A stretch of DNA of 64,000 nt from Selaginella moellendorffii (GCF_000143415.4 NW_003314262.1:5886471-5950470), one strand, 5' to 3'; positions 22,150 to 36,341 are shown, numbered from the stretch's first letter. A program made the numbers and translations. Notes: generated from the letters alone by a model not told the origin.

Positions 22150-22450
22150 ATTAGGTTTCTACCTTGTTTATGTCAGGCTATTACAAATTGATTGAACTAA
22201 TTCAAAGATCACATCAAATCCCATTATATCCAAAATAGTGAAATTCATATCCACTTTTTATGTCTTTATTTCAACTCTTGTTTATCAAACCTCATTAGTG
22301 TTTTGAATACCTTGAACAAACTTTATAATCCTCAATTCTTCCAGTTGTTGCATTGTTAGTTTGACTTGCTAAATTATATCTTGTTACAATTATAACAATA
22401 CACTTCTAAAAGAATATCCCTACCTAAAGAAGTCTTAATAACCCGATATA
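22150..22450 (-). mobile_element. Possible Ty3/gypsy protease remnant
   Basis: Hand translation gives KVDMNFTILDIMGFDVIFEL, resembling the retroelement protease C-terminal F.VLD...FDVILG motif; many stops. Confidence 0.3.
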
Positions 22451-23304
22451 AATTCTCTAATTCCCCACTTGTGTCCCAAAGTCAAGCCCCTTAGGAAGGG
22501 GTGAAAACTAATGAATCTTATGGTACTCAAATGAATGGGGCACCATTTTACTTTATTCAGGAGCATTATATTTACTTTCTCTTCCAAAAATAGGAGTTAT
22601 ATTTGAGCATGTTCTTTAGGGGCTTATTCTCACCAAAAGCTATTAACCCTCAATTTGAACATTAATACGATTTAGAAACATTATTGGAGAATTCCTTTAA
22701 GACTTGGTCCTTAACTTCACTTTCTTTATTATACTTTTAAAACCTTCTGCACCTAAGAGATGAGTGTTTTATATGTTCACCCTATGACCTATATTAATAT
22801 TTAGACTCGTTTTCGAACTCAATCTTGTCTAACCCAAACTTTTTATTGTTTCAATTGTGATTTTGGAATCATTTAGCTTATGATATTTGAAGGAGTTTGT
22901 TCCTTACAGCCATCAATCTTGTAGTTCATTATAAAAATTGGCTTCAATAAGATCAATTGGCTTCAATAAGAATGATCATATCATGGATGGTAGTTCAATA
23001 AATAGCATAATATGTTTCCTTTGCACCACTTTATTCAGATGGCAATGATGTGACACCCATGCAAATTAATGTTTTTAGTCATCCACCACCTCACATCTAT
23101 GAAATAATAATATTGCATCAACAACCATCTATATATTTATTATGGTGATCTAGACCATAGTGTTGCTAATTGCCTAAAGGTGTCCATGATAAATGCAGCC
23201 CCTAACCTATTCTATAGGGAAACAAAGACTAGCACATTTAGGGTTGTTTCATCCCTTTATTGTTCTTTAAGCTTGTATTGCATATTTCCATTTTATTGCC
23301 TTAG

Positions 23305-24870
23305 TGTGAGACACAAATCCTTAAGCCCCAAAGTGGAGCCGAAAAGGTGCCATGTGGTAGTGGCCAAAGCGAAAGCCAAACAAGTGTAACACATTTGGAC
23401 TAAAAGCTCCAACTTGAAGAGTCAAGAGCGAAAATGGAACTCTTGACGGAGTGCTCAAGGAACGAGCATGAAGCGAGCAATTAGAGAGTCTCTAAAAAAG
23501 GGACACAAAAGGACCAACACATGACACATGGTGGAGTCCGAGATGGACCCGAGATGGAATCTGAGATGGAGTCCAAGAGGGAGTCCGAGATGGACCCGAA
23601 ATGGACCCGAGATGGAGTCCGAGATGGAGTCCGAAATGGACCCGAAATGAACTGAGATGGTCTGAGATGGACCCAGATGGAGTCCGAGATGGACCTGAGA
23701 TGGAGTCCAAGATGGAGTTCGAGGTCAAGACCGAGACCAAGACTGAGATTGAGACTGAGACCGAAAATGAGATTGGGACTGGGACTAAGACTGAGACCAA
23801 GGCCGAGGCTGAGACCGAGGCCGAGTCCGAGTCCAAGTCCGAGTCCGAGTCTGAGTTCGAGTCTGAGTTCGAGTTCGAGGGTGAAAGCCCAAAGCGTTTG
23901 TCTCCCAGACCCTAGGGGGTTTGGTGAGCTCCAAAAGTATAGTGGAGAACTCCAGTAGAGCTAGTTTGGCCAGAAAATGCCAGTTTGGCCCAGGAAGGTT
24001 GTACCCAAGTGTTGGGTGATGGGATAACCACTGGGAAGTCCAAGGTTAGAGTGAATACGGATTGACAAGCGGGGTAGCTTAATGAAGTGTTAAAGAGTCG
24101 GCTTTAGTTGCCCCGAGAGATCGAATGGTCGATACTCCCAATCCAAGCATGGGTGGCACTACCTACTTGGATACCTGGCGTGGATTAACGAAATCTTGCT
24201 CTAAGCCCATGGCTAGAGCACCTAAAGGTAGAAGGTGGGGAGAGTACCCATGAAGCTCACTTAAGGCTATGATGTTCCGAAATGTTGTTCTAAAATCCCA
24301 GATTGTGGAAAGAAATAGGAGTAATCTTCTAAAATAGTGATTAAGGATGTGGTCACATGGTGAGGAAGTCCTAGAGAACAAGGAGACTTAGTGGTTAGGC
24401 CTGTGGGCCTTGATCCAGTGGCAGTGTTGGCGAATACGGCCATGGATAGAAAAGGATTTGGTGGGGACTGAAAAAGGGATGTTGGGGAAGGTTATTCCTC
24501 ATGTCTACAGGCATCCTAAAGATGGTAAAGAGTGGATTTGAGATGACCACTCATGGATGGATGGCCTAGTCTATGAAAGACGATACTATGATGCAAGTCG
24601 TGTTGGACCACTAGTGTGGCAAAGGTAAATGGACATGGCTTTAATATAATAGGCTAATATGTTGGTGGTACCTTTGGGTGTCAGTCATGAGATTGGACAT
24701 GTGGAGCACTTGGACCAAATGTAAAGGTTGAGTGGCATGGATGCCACTCTTGGGGGTTAGCAAGCCCTAAATCCTGAATTGGACTTATGGAGGTTGTGAA
24801 TGAGACTTTTTCAAATGGTTGGAGGTGTGGTTGAGTGATTAAAGTAGAATAGAAAAATTAATCACTTACA
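23305..24870 (+). repeat. 5' LTR (1566 bp) with internal GAGATGGA(G/C)(T)CC and GAG(T/A)CC arrays
   Basis: Direct repeat of 27083-28800; tandem arrays at about 23530-23880. Confidence 0.9.
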
Positions 24871-27082
24871 ATTTGGTATTAGAGCTATTCCTTAGTTTGA
24901 CTTTTATTGGTGCTCAAGTATATCACCACTTGTGTTGGCATCAGAAGGTTTTAGGAATGGGCCTATTCTTAAGGAGTAGCAAGTCAGGAGGACATGGCTC
25001 TCCACTACAGTTCATGTATGAACTTATAAGTAAGGTGGTGGATAGAAAAGGGTCAATAAAGGAACGACTTTGGGACCTTGGGAACAATATAAGGTTTTCA
25101 TTAGGATGTGATCCAGATGAGCATTTGACTTAGCAAACTAGCTAATGTAGTTGTGGTAAATAATTATAGTTGGGATCACAGGGAAGGTAGAGACTCCAAA
25201 ACAATAAAAGAATTACAAGATTACCCTCATATAGTTAAGGCTGGTGCTCATGAATTTGAGACCAAAATTAATGATTGTGAGAGGTCAAATACAAATGAGG
25301 ACACAAGTCCTTGAAATGGTAGCTGGGGCTACCTTTTATAAATGTTGGAACAAACACAAGGAGTTGGGGGTATACTTAGAGGATGAGTTGGTATTATTAT
25401 CATATGGACAGATAGTCCTAAGGGGCAAATGCAGCCCACAAGGAATGGGGAATAATCAAGTGTTAGAGCAACACTTGCAAAGATGGCCATTGTGAGTAGA
25501 ATATGAATACACAAAGTTGTATTCTAGTGAGCTAGCACCTCAACACTAGGATCTCATAGGTCATCGGATTAATAAAGTCCAAAAAGCTGGATGACTCAAG
25601 TAGAGTCTAGGAATGCTCTTAAAGGATTGGTAGAAGCATTTGGACTAAGGTGTGTTATGCCCCATAAAGGATGGGGAGGATTATATAATATAAATATGAG
25701 AACAATGGGTATCTTATTGATGGTAGAATATGCCATACTAAAGTCATGGGAAAGGCATTTCCCAAAAAAGAAAACAACTTTGACACAAAGTTATGCATAA
25801 ACTCTATAGTGCAGTATTAACGGATAGTTGGTATAAGAAACAAGTATATTGGTCTTGGAAAGGACATAAGAAGTGTCATAAAAGTAGGCTCGTGGAGCTG
25901 ATGGTGTGGAGACACCGAATATGCCAAGGCATGATGCCTTGAGGTTAAGTTGGCAAGTTCATGAGAACCCCTTCCCAAAGGAACGCTAATGGAAATGGGA
26001 ATGGCATAGCCTTGAAAGGCATGTGGTTAGAGTGTGGTGACCCAAATAATGATGGAGTTGTGGAAGCACTAACAATGAGTTGTAAGACTTGACCACTATA
26101 ATGCAACTAAGCAAAAAGTGCAAAATAATTGGTTAAAGTGGTGGAAAGTAACTACCTAAGACTTTTTATTGGGATAAGGAAGTTGGATATACCCTTATAG
26201 AGGATAAATTATTTATGTTGCGATATAGTAAGTCAATATCATAAAAGGAATACTCATTGAAAGAGGCCATCATTGGAACACCCAAACACTCTAAAACACC
26301 AAAAAGTGGTATTTGGTGTCATGAGGGCATTAGATAATGCCCGAGGGACTAAGTCTTTAACAAATGATGGGTCAACAAGTTAAAGATCTGGAAGACTTAG
26401 TACCTATTGGCAAACCTGTTAAGGTGACAAAGGTTAAATCACTAGGTGATCTCACGGCTAAACAAGAATGAAATCCTTGTGAGGCTAAGGAATAAAGTTC
26501 CTAATTCAAAGTGTTGGTTTTAACTATTGGTAATGGTGTGGCTTGGTCAAAGCAACCAAGTGGGAAGGTCACGTAAAGGGAAATCAGTTGTGCCGATATG
26601 ATGATATAGTGAGTCCAAGAAAGTAGTCTCTAGGAAAGACCCATGGGAAGGTTGTAAAGTGGGGCTATGGATGGAGCCCGTAGCAGAAAATGCTAAAAAG
26701 ACCTATTAAGAATGAGCACTCTTTAGATTTGGTAAAATAGAGCATTTGCCATAGAACCAAAAGAATACCTCAAGAATGGAGATAGTGATCCTATGTTGTT
26801 TGGTGCAATAATCAATGGATAGGAACAAAAAGCTAGTGGCTAAGTGTGGGCTATGGAATTCATTAAAAGAAATTCAAATAACAAAGTTAGGCAAGGAACA
26901 CTAATGTTCTAGAGACTATGCTCCTTAGAGGATGGACAAAGCATGGTGAGCCTTCGGTGTCAAACCATTCACGAATATTAGCTGGGTGCTAAGGATGGAA
27001 ATGGTAATACATGTTGGTGTTACTTTATAAAAGGGTTTACTATTCGATGAGGACATCACATTTCATTTATGGGTGGTGGAGT

Positions 27083-28800
27083 TGTGAGGCACAAATCCCT
27101 AAGCCCCAAAGTGGAGTTGAAAGGGTGCCATGTGGTAGTGGCTGAAGCGAAAGCCAAATGAGCGTAACACATTTGGACTAAAAGCTCCAACTTGAAGAGT
27201 CAAGAGCGAGAATGGAACTTCTGACGGAGTGCTCAAGGAACGAGCATGAAGTGAGCAATAAGAGAGTCTCTAAAAAAGGGACACAAGAGGACCAACATAT
27301 GACATGTGGTGGAGTCCGAGATAGACCCAAGGGACCCAAGATAGAGTCCGAGATGAAGTCTGAGATGGAGTCCAAGATGAACCAAAGATGGACCCGAGAT
27401 GGAGTTTGAGATGGAGTCCAAAATGGACCTGAGATGGACCTAAAATGGAGTTTGAGATGGAGTCCAAAATGGACCTGAGATGGACCTAAGATGGAGTCCG
27501 AGATGGAGTCTGAAATGGAGTCCGAGATAGACCGAGATGGAATCCGAGATGGAGTCTGAGATGGACCCGAGATGGAGTCCAAGATGGACCAAGATGGAGT
27601 TCAAGATGGACCTGAGATAGAGTCCGAGATGGACCGAGATGGAGTCCAAGATGGACCCGAGATGGAGTCCGAGATGGACTGAGATGGAGTTCGAGATGGA
27701 GTCCAAGATGGACCTGAGATGGAGTCCGAGGTCAAGACTGAGATTGAGACTGAGACCGAAACCGGGACTGAAACTGAGACCGAGACTGAGGCCGAGGCCG
27801 AGACCGAGCCCGATTCTAAGTCTGAGTCCGAGTCCGAGTCCGAGTTCAAGTCTGAGTTCGAGTCCGAGGGTGAAAGCCCAAAGCGTTCATCTCCCAAACC
27901 CTAGGGAGTTTGGTGAACTTCAAAAGTATAGTAGAGGGAGGACTTCAATAGAGCCAGTTTGGCCAGAAAAGGCCAATTTGGCCAAAAAAAGGCTAATTTG
28001 GCTCGGAAAGGTTGTATCCGGGTGTTGGGTGATGGGATAACCATTGGGAAGTCCAAGGTTAAAGTGAATATAGACTAACAAGCAAGTGAAGTATTCAAGA
28101 GTCGGCTCTAGCTCCCCCGGGAGATTAAATGGTTAATACTCCCAATCCAAACATGGGTGGCATTATCTACTTGGATACCTGGCGTGGGTCAACAGAACCT
28201 CTCTCTAAGCTTATGGCTCCCAAAGTCCCAGACTATGAAAAAGAAAAGGAGTAGTCCTCTAGAGTAGTGACTAAGGATGTGGTCACATGGTGAGGAAGTC
28301 CTAGAGAACAAGGGGACTTAGTGGTCGGGCCTGTAAACCTTGATCTAGTGGCAGTGTTGGCAAACACAGCCATAGATAGAAAGGGATTTGGTGGGGACTG
28401 AAAAAGGGATATTAGGGAAGGTTGTTCCCCATGTCTATAGGCATTCTAAGGATGCTAAGGAGTGGATTTGGGATGACCACTCATTGACGGATGACTCAGT
28501 CTGTGAAAGATGGGATTGTGATGCAAGTCATGTTGGACCACCAATATGGCAAAGGTAAATAAACATGGCCTTAATGTAATGAGCCAATAAGTCGGTGGTA
28601 CCTTTGGGTGTCAGTCATGAAATTGGACATGTGGAGCATTTGGACCAAATGCAAAGGTTGAGTGGCATAGATGTCACTTTCGGGGGCTAACAAACCCCAA
28701 GTCTTGAATTGGACTTATAGAGGTTGTGAATGGGACTCCTTCAAGTGGTCGAAGGTATGGTTGAGTGACTAAAGTAAAATGGAAAAATTAGTCACTTACA
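27083..28800 (+). repeat. 3' LTR (1718 bp) with an expanded internal tandem array
   Basis: Direct repeat of 23305-24870; array at about 27310-27870. Confidence 0.9.
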
Positions 28801-31800
28801 TTTAGAGGACAGTGGAACTCATGTAAATTTCATAAATTGGGAATTTGCTTTAGATCTTGGCATAAAATTATGACCTCTTCCACATTATTATCATGCCAAT
28901 ATCTATTAATGGTCATCAACTTGCATTAGGGGCAATCATACATGATATAAAACTCATTGATGTCAATATTCTTCAAATTATCACCATTTGAAAGGTATAT
29001 ATCATATTGGTTTAATATCCATATGTCATAAGGGTACAAAGTTTCATTGGTGCTTCATCATATAAACTCACAGGATTATCAAATGCTAATTCATTTTCCC
29101 AATTTTAGTTTGTTTAAAGGGCTCTTTGCTTAATAGAAAGGACCATATCATATATTTTGGTAAGTTAAACTGCAAATTTATAAAGTTTGGCACAATATTC
29201 AATATATATTATTCCTTCAAAAATTATACATGTGCAATAGATGAATTGCACTCAATTGCACTGCCTATCATTCCACCAATGCCTCTTCTTAATGTTCTTT
29301 TAGATCTTAACCCATTAACAAAAACACTTTAATTGCCTTCCATCCTTCTAAGAGGAGGTTTAAATGTATAGATATAATATTGTATACTATTATTAGTGTA
29401 GTGGGATTTTGATTGCATCAAATTTGTTTTAATTTAGACCACTCACTCTTGTATATAAGTTAAGGCTATATATATTTTATATTTTATACACTCATATAAT
29501 CAATTATTATTAAATATTACCAAAATAATATTATTCTAATATTTAAAATTCATTTAAGGTAATTTATAATTTTTATTTTATTTTTTAATTTCATAATTTT
29601 TAAAATATCTTATGTGACAGCTAAATTGGAGTTTTAACAATTAAATAATCACATTTTAGTATCCAGAAAATACAAGCTTATTAAATACATGAGTCTGATA
29701 CTTAACCATCTTTTAAATAACTACCATTTAATATTTTAAATACTATTTTTAATAACTTAACTTATCTGCATTTAGTGGATAAATATAAATAATATCAATA
29801 TTAGTAAGTATTTATTAGTGTTTGTGTTTACTATTTTACTAAAATTATTTCAAAAGAATCTTGAGTCTTAACAAAAATAAAAAGCTTTAGAAAAGTTTAA
29901 TACGACCAACTAAATAATCAAATGTTTTGAAATATAGTTTTTCTTGTAAAAAAATAGCTTTAGTAACAAACTATATCACTAATCAGACCTAACAACCTTT
30001 ATAGACTGTCTTGAGCGCTTAGAATATTTTTCTCATACTTATTCTTGTTTGGTTGTAAATATTCTGCATCATAGGTATTTTAAAAATAACAAGAAAATAG
30101 TTGATATTTCTGGCTAGAAATAAGTATAACTTCACTCCTCTTAAACTAAACCCAAATGTTGCGTAATAATATACTAAATATTAATGTTTTAAATTTATTT
30201 ATACCTCCAAACTTATATATTGAGCATTCACCCAACATTTCCTAATACTAGAAAGCGGATTCCCAACGAACTTCTTCTTATGCTTCCAGATGGGTGCTAA
30301 CAGTATTATTCATCCTCAAACTAGCCTTAGTAGCCGTGGAGCGATCCTGCCCGTCCGCCAGCATATTCAGGATGCAGGGATTGAAGAGGTACGCCTTGGC
30401 AAAGCATTTGTCTTCCTTATGGTTAAAAGAGCAAGGTGCCATTCGATTTAAAATATAGCATTGACTGTCTCTTAACAGAGCCTTTCTGGTAATCTCTTCC
30501 ACAGCTGCTATTGCATTTCCAGCAGCTCAAATGATGCTCTTAGTGATAGCTATGCCAGACCTGGAATGAAAGTTCGTGACAGGAATTCACTTCATTTCTA
30601 ATTCGCTCCAGCTTAATCAATGTTTGATTGACCCATGCATCTTCAGCTTTAAAAAGAGACTTTTTTCCTCTTCCAGGTGTGGGTTTTAAGCCAGGGTTCC
30701 CTGATGGGTGGAGCTTAGGAATGCTTGGTGTTGAGAGGAAAAGAGTAGGCTTTGTCAACCATGAACTCTTTCACATAATGGAATATTTCTTGATGAAATG
30801 TGGAACTTTCAGGTTTGACTTTAAGCACAACTTCTAGCATGAAACTACAATTTCTTTGTATAAATCTGATTGATCACCCACCGACGTTCTGGAATGGAAT
30901 CCTCTCTCTTTTAGAGCAAAAATAAAAGGCAAAGAGCATTCAGTATACACATTATTAGGTAGTGCACTCCAAAAAGGTTGGACTTGTACACATTGTTAAC
31001 ATGGATATTCGTTGTCAATCGCCTCAAGCCACAGTTGTGGCTGTGACACAAATAATGCGAGAAAAGAGATGGATAAATGGGCCACTCCAAAATCTCGCTT
31101 TCGAGATCCGAAGTTTCCTGCTGGAGGTTAAAGCTGCATATGTGTCAATCCAGGAGAGCTACACACACGCACAATCCATAGGCCCCCCCTCGTGATCTTT
31201 CTTCGTTCCCCACCTCCCTCATAATGCAAAAACTAATCTTAAAAATGGGTAGACTACCGCTCTCCCATGTAATTTCCTCGCATTAGCAGCATTTGCCGGA
31301 TCACGGCATTTGCACTTAAAAGTCGAGATCGCCAACTTTTGACATCATTTGATTCGTTTCACGTGTTGTGATTTGAATTGGCCACGCTCTTGCAGTTTGC
31401 ACTCGATCGATCTTAGCCAGCAGCAGCAGCAACAGTGCCTGAGCGGATCGAAGCCAAGATTCCTTGAAACTGGAGGTTGGGCGAGGATAACTCTTGGAGC
31501 TTTGCTTCTTTGTGGCCTCATCAACAACCACATGTGTACATTGCATGGGGGAAAGGGAATCATCCCTAATCATCTCGCTTCTGCCACCCTTTTGCAATCA
31601 TGCAACAAGGGAGCAGTGAGTGGAAAAGGATTTGTGGAGAAAAGCTATGGTGGCCAATGGATAGGCCAAAGTTGCGACGAGTAGTGTTCCTCGTGGTGGG
31701 GTGTTTCTGTTATTGAGTGGAATGTTAGCAAAGGGAAAATGTGGCAAGCTTGAGAGCACTGGACACGCTGCCAAAAGGGGTGAGAAAAATAAAAAGGAAG

Positions 31801-33047
31801 AACCAATATCAGGAATGTCAACACATTATAAGGTGAGGGGCCGAAATGCGAAATTGGCGTTGGAATCTTATACGATCATCCATGATTGACTTCGATCACA
31901 GCCATAACTAAAGAGAAAAAGAGTGAGCAATCCATCTCTCAAAGTATAGCAAATTGGTAGACATGGGATTGGGCAATTGGATCTCATCTTTGTCGATCTG
32001 CCAAACTTCTGGGGCTCGAAAACGGAAGCTTCATGAAGAGTTTCATGGAATGGATCTTATTTTTTCTTTCTTTTTCTCCTTAGCTGGTGTGCACTTTGAT
32101 TCATGGCAAAGAAACACATAAACACGCAAATTGCCAACTGCGATGATAACCTGCTGGGCGCCACCTCTCTTTAGCTTTTCGGGAGGAGTTTTCTGGACCT
32201 TGGAAGAGAGAGAGTTTCGTTCTGGGCTTTGATATAACTAAGAGCTTTTCTTCAAGCGAGATCGAGTGAGAGTGCTCCCCAGGTTAATGGACGAGCACTT
32301 TTTCCAAAGTCAAAAGTTAAGCAGTCCTCGTTGTTAAGTAGGGAAGCCAGAGATGGTCTCTTCTTTCTTTGCCCCAACAAAGCAAGAATCAAAGATCAAA
32401 TTTCGCTTCATTAAAGTATAAAAACTTGGAGCTGCAATACAGCCCAAAATTGACCCCCATTCTTTGAATCAATCAATCAGTCGATTGATCCATGGATCCA
32501 TGACTTATTCCTGGTTCCGTTGCTTGAAAGACTTCATGCTAGATACCCCAGAGTTTACAAAGATAAAATTCCAACCCGTCCCCAATCATACCTTGTACTT
32601 AACCTAGATTATTCCCAGTCAATTCCTCAAAGAGATTTGAAGCATTGATCTCGCTAAGAAGCAGATTATATTCCCCGATTATTAAGAGCCGCGGTACGCG
32701 TTGATTATGACTGGCACGGTGAATCCAGCGTGGTGGCGGCGGCGCCCAATCTCCACCGCAGGCACCAACTATCCAACGGCCCGCCGCCACACACGTGTCA
32801 GGCTGGGCGTGATCAGTCATGCGCCGCCGTGGAATATTTTCACGGCCGTCAACCGTCAAATGGCGGGTGAAAGTTTTACTATAAAAGCGACCGGTCAGTC
32901 AGTAACAAGGTAAAAAAGTAAAGAGTCTAGAAGAGGTACCCAGTTTGGGCATATGCTTTTAAACTCTGTGGTGTGAGTGAGCTTTAGTGCTTTGGTAGCG
33001 CTCTTCTTCTCCTTTGCCCCTACCAGTGTGTTCTTAGCGAGCGAGCC

Positions 33048-34930
33048 ATGGATTCCAAGGCCGATCGCCAGGATTTGCTCTTCTACCTCTTGCCGCTGAT
33101 CCATTCCAATGCGCCGAGTTTCCTGCCGCTGCTGCTCGCGCTGGGCGCGGTCCTTGCCGCGGCGGTGGCGATCTTCCGCTGGACTAGCCGTGGGGGATGC
33201 GCGTGGGCGGATCGATCCAGCACCATCCCGGGGCCGCGCGGTCTGCCAGTCCTTGGATCGCTGCTGGAGATGGGCGATCTCGCGCACCACCGCCTGAGGA
33301 GCCTCTCGATCGCGCACGGCGCGCGCAAGCTCATGGCGCTCAGCCTCGGCTCCACGCGCGTGGTCATCACTAGCGCTCCCGAAGTGGCGCGGGAGATCCT
33401 CACCAGCGCTGCCTTCGCGGATCGTCCTCTCAAGCAATCGGCCGCGGAGCTCCTGTTTGGCCGCGCTATCGGCTTCGCCCCCTACGGCGATTACTGGCGT
33501 GGCCTCCGCCGGATCGCCGCCAATCACCTCTTCTCTCCGCGGAGGATCGCCGCCCACGAGCCGCAGCGCCAGCGCCACACCGAGGTGATGATCGATGCCA
33601 TCGCCAGCGCCGCCGGCAAGGATCATGGCAAGAGCGTCGGGATTCGTGGATTCCTCCAGCGTGCCTCCTTGGCCAATGTGATGCAGGGAGTGTTTGGGCG
33701 GTGCTACAGCGGCGCCGAGGAGGCGGAGCTCCAGGCGATGGTGCGAGAGGGATTCGAGCTCCTGGGAGCTTTCAACTGGTCGGATCATCTTCCCCTGCTC
33801 CGGGCGATCAATGTGGACCCCCACTCGATCCAGGAGCGCTGTTCCAAGCTCGTCCCTCGCGTCCAGAAGTTCGTCCAGGCGATCATCGACGAGCACCGCC
33901 AGGCGCGCAGCGGCGGAGATGATCGGGAGAGCTCCGATTTCGTGGACGTGCTGCTGAATTTGAGCGGCGAGGAGAAGCTACAGGACCAGGATATGATCGC
34001 TGTGCTCTGGGTAAGCAAAGCTTACACGATTCTTTCCACCATAGCTTTTTTCTTCCTGATCGATCGATTGCTCTCTGTTCTTGGCTAGAAAAGAGGAAAA
34101 GCTCTTCCTTTCATCAGAGTCATATCTTTTACAAGCTTTCTTCTTTCCTCTTCTACTTTCTTTCGTGATCCAAGTTCCTTGCTAGTCTCAATCGATCACT
34201 CGCTCATTCTTTCTCCTAAAGTTTCGATCGAATGCTTTTTCAGAGTTCTTCTCTATGATCGATCCAATTCTTACAAATATCTTCCTTTTCCTTCTTTCAG
34301 GAGATGATCTTCCGCGGCACTGACACCACTGCAATCCTCACGGAATGGATGCTCGCGGAGCTGGTCCTCCATCCAGAAATCCAGCGCCGCCTCTACCACG
34401 AGATCGAGGAGCTCCAGTCCAAGAAATCGCCACCATCGCCACTCTCCGATCAGGACGTCGCAAGAATGCCGCTACTCCAGGCCGTGGTCAAGGAAACTCT
34501 CCGCCTCCATCCACCCGGTCCCCTCCTCTCGTGGGCTCGCCTCTCCACCCAGGACGTTACCATCGCCGGCCACCACGTACCGCGCGGTACCACCGCCATG
34601 GTTAACATGTGGGCGATCACGCACGACCCGGCAGTGTGGAGCGAGCCCGAGCTGTTCGTCCCGGACAGGTTCCTCGGTGTGGAGTTTGATGTCAAGGGGA
34701 CCGACCTGAGGCTGGCACCGTTTGGAGCTGGACGAAGGGTGTGCCCCGGCCGAGCTCTCGGGCTCGCTACTGTGGGTCTTTGGCTCGCCAAGCTCGTCGA
34801 AAGGTTTGAGTTTGTGGAGGACAAGGAGCGTCCCGTGGATCTCAGCGAAGTCCTCAAGCTTTCGTGCGAGATGGTGAATCCGCTGAGTGTTGGTGCTGTG
34901 GAGAGGTGCCCGATCGCTGCCAGCTCGTGA
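33048..34930 (+). CDS. CYP78A: Cytochrome P450 CYP78A subfamily (KLUH-like), 2 exons (intron 34011-34300)
   Basis: IPGPRGLP; [45 protein letters not shown]; IAVLW|EMIFRGTDT; [18 protein letters not shown]; heme motif [20 protein letters not shown] at about 32880. Confidence 0.95.
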
Positions 34931-36341
34931 CAAGTTCTCTCAAGTATCATCGTCGTCTTGGTGGTTCCAGCAGGGAAGATCAAACAAGGATGAGAAAAGT
35001 GAAGAGATCAGCAGCACCACCAACCTGAGCATTTGTAAAAATGCATCGTCATCCTCTCTTCAGTCTTGCGAGAGCTTTGGTTCGTTCGTTTTCTTACACT
35101 TAGTTCCTTTCGTTCTTAGAGAGTTTGCTGACTTTTGGGCTCGAGATCTCTGGCTTGGAAGTGTCTCCAGAGATCGAAAAGTCCCCTTTTTTTTGTACTT
35201 GGGGTCTTTCTTCTGTATAAAACTTGCATCTTCTAGAGAACTGTTTGTTTGGTTGCTGCTGCTGATTCGTGCGTTTTGTCGTCAACCTGTCCGAAAGTGG
35301 CTTTTGGATGCTACTGTTAAGCTTGAGGAAATTTTCCGCGAGCTCGCTCTCGATCGAAACAACAAAAAAAAAAACACTTTTTGTTTTTTTTTCTGTTTGT
35401 TGCTCGTACAATGCAAATAGTCGATCTGATCGATCGAGAGCGAGAGCTTCCCTTTCTTTTTTCTCGCTCTGGAATCAAGCAAGCCCAAAAGAATGATTGA
35501 TTGAACAAGCAAAACCGACTAACTGCCGGATCCACAATCGAGACAAATCGAGGAAAGATTGCTGTGTCTTTGATTTTCATTGCTCGCCACTCACCGGGAA
35601 AGAGATTTTGGCGGAAAGGCAGTGTTCTCTCGCGAAAATATCTACATGTGCTGTGTAATGGAAGTGCAAGAGCTTTCATTCATGCGTGATCGATAATTGC
35701 GATGCGTGGTCTCTCCATTTTGAAAAACCATACATAAGGATCATGATCTTTGATGTATAGACCTTCATGTGCTTGATATATCTCGCGATCGTGCTAAAAC
35801 TTTGGCACCTGTGTTGTAGTCAACCGTTTACTTTGAGTCCACTCTGCGCTGACTTTTCAGAATTTGTGTCGACCAACATGTGCCAGAAGATGCTTTGGAA
35901 AATTTGATCAAGAAACGGTGAGATCTGGTAACATGCCATGATAAGAGCTAGCGATCCAGACATTTTGCCATTAAGGTTTTGTTCATGAGATTCATACGCT
36001 ATCGTCCGAGTGAATTGTTGGCGTGATTCGAATCTTTGATTTGTGAGTTTCGTGTTCCTGTCCAAGTCGAAGGTATGTTGCGACAAGCCGTCCACATTCA
36101 CCTTGAAACATGCGAACCAAATGGAATATGGAATGAGCGTTAGAAAAATCGAGTCTTTGTGAACCATATAAGCGAACCAAACATCATGTGATTCGAGAGA
36201 ACGAGCAAGTTCAATTCTTCGCAAACTCCACAAGCGGAGGGTGATATTGTTTTCTAAGTTCTTGGCACACGACGGGAGGAAGATCCTCATGTGGAGTGTT
36301 CCTGGATTGACTGACTGACTCCCAAGTTCATAGGAAAAATC

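Larger units (their letters stand above)
23305..28800 (+). mobile_element. Complete non-autonomous LTR retrotransposon (LARD-like, gypsy-type ends)
   Basis: 5'LTR 23305-24870 and 3'LTR 27083-28800 both start TGTGAG.CACAAATCC and end CACTTACA. PBS TGGTATTAGAGC at 24874-24885; PPT GGGTGGTGGAGT at 27071-27082; TSD CTTAG/TTTAG (one transition). The 2.2-kb interior has no intact ORF. Confidence 0.92.

Noticed and set aside
23530-23880. Regular repeat array as a CRISPR candidate
   Set aside because: Contiguous tandem units without unique spacers, in a eukaryotic LTR.
23492-23958. ORFs with PRWSPRW / ETETE / SESES repeats (also 27178-28040 and 60922-61119)
   Set aside because: Translations of the LTR minisatellite, open in several frames on both strands; not genes.
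31910-32300. miR156/miR529-like purine runs upstream of CYP78A
   Set aside because: Only partial matches and no complementary arm found.
32895-33896. Long antisense ORFs over CYP78A, COG4 (2844-3866) and the orphan gene (49493-50179)
   Set aside because: Expected shadows of high-GC3 coding sequence; no independent motifs.
35820-36290. 156-aa minus-strand ORF downstream of AlkB and a possible + strand mini-exon near 35860-35917
   Set aside because: No recognisable domain, and I could not build a consistent gene model.
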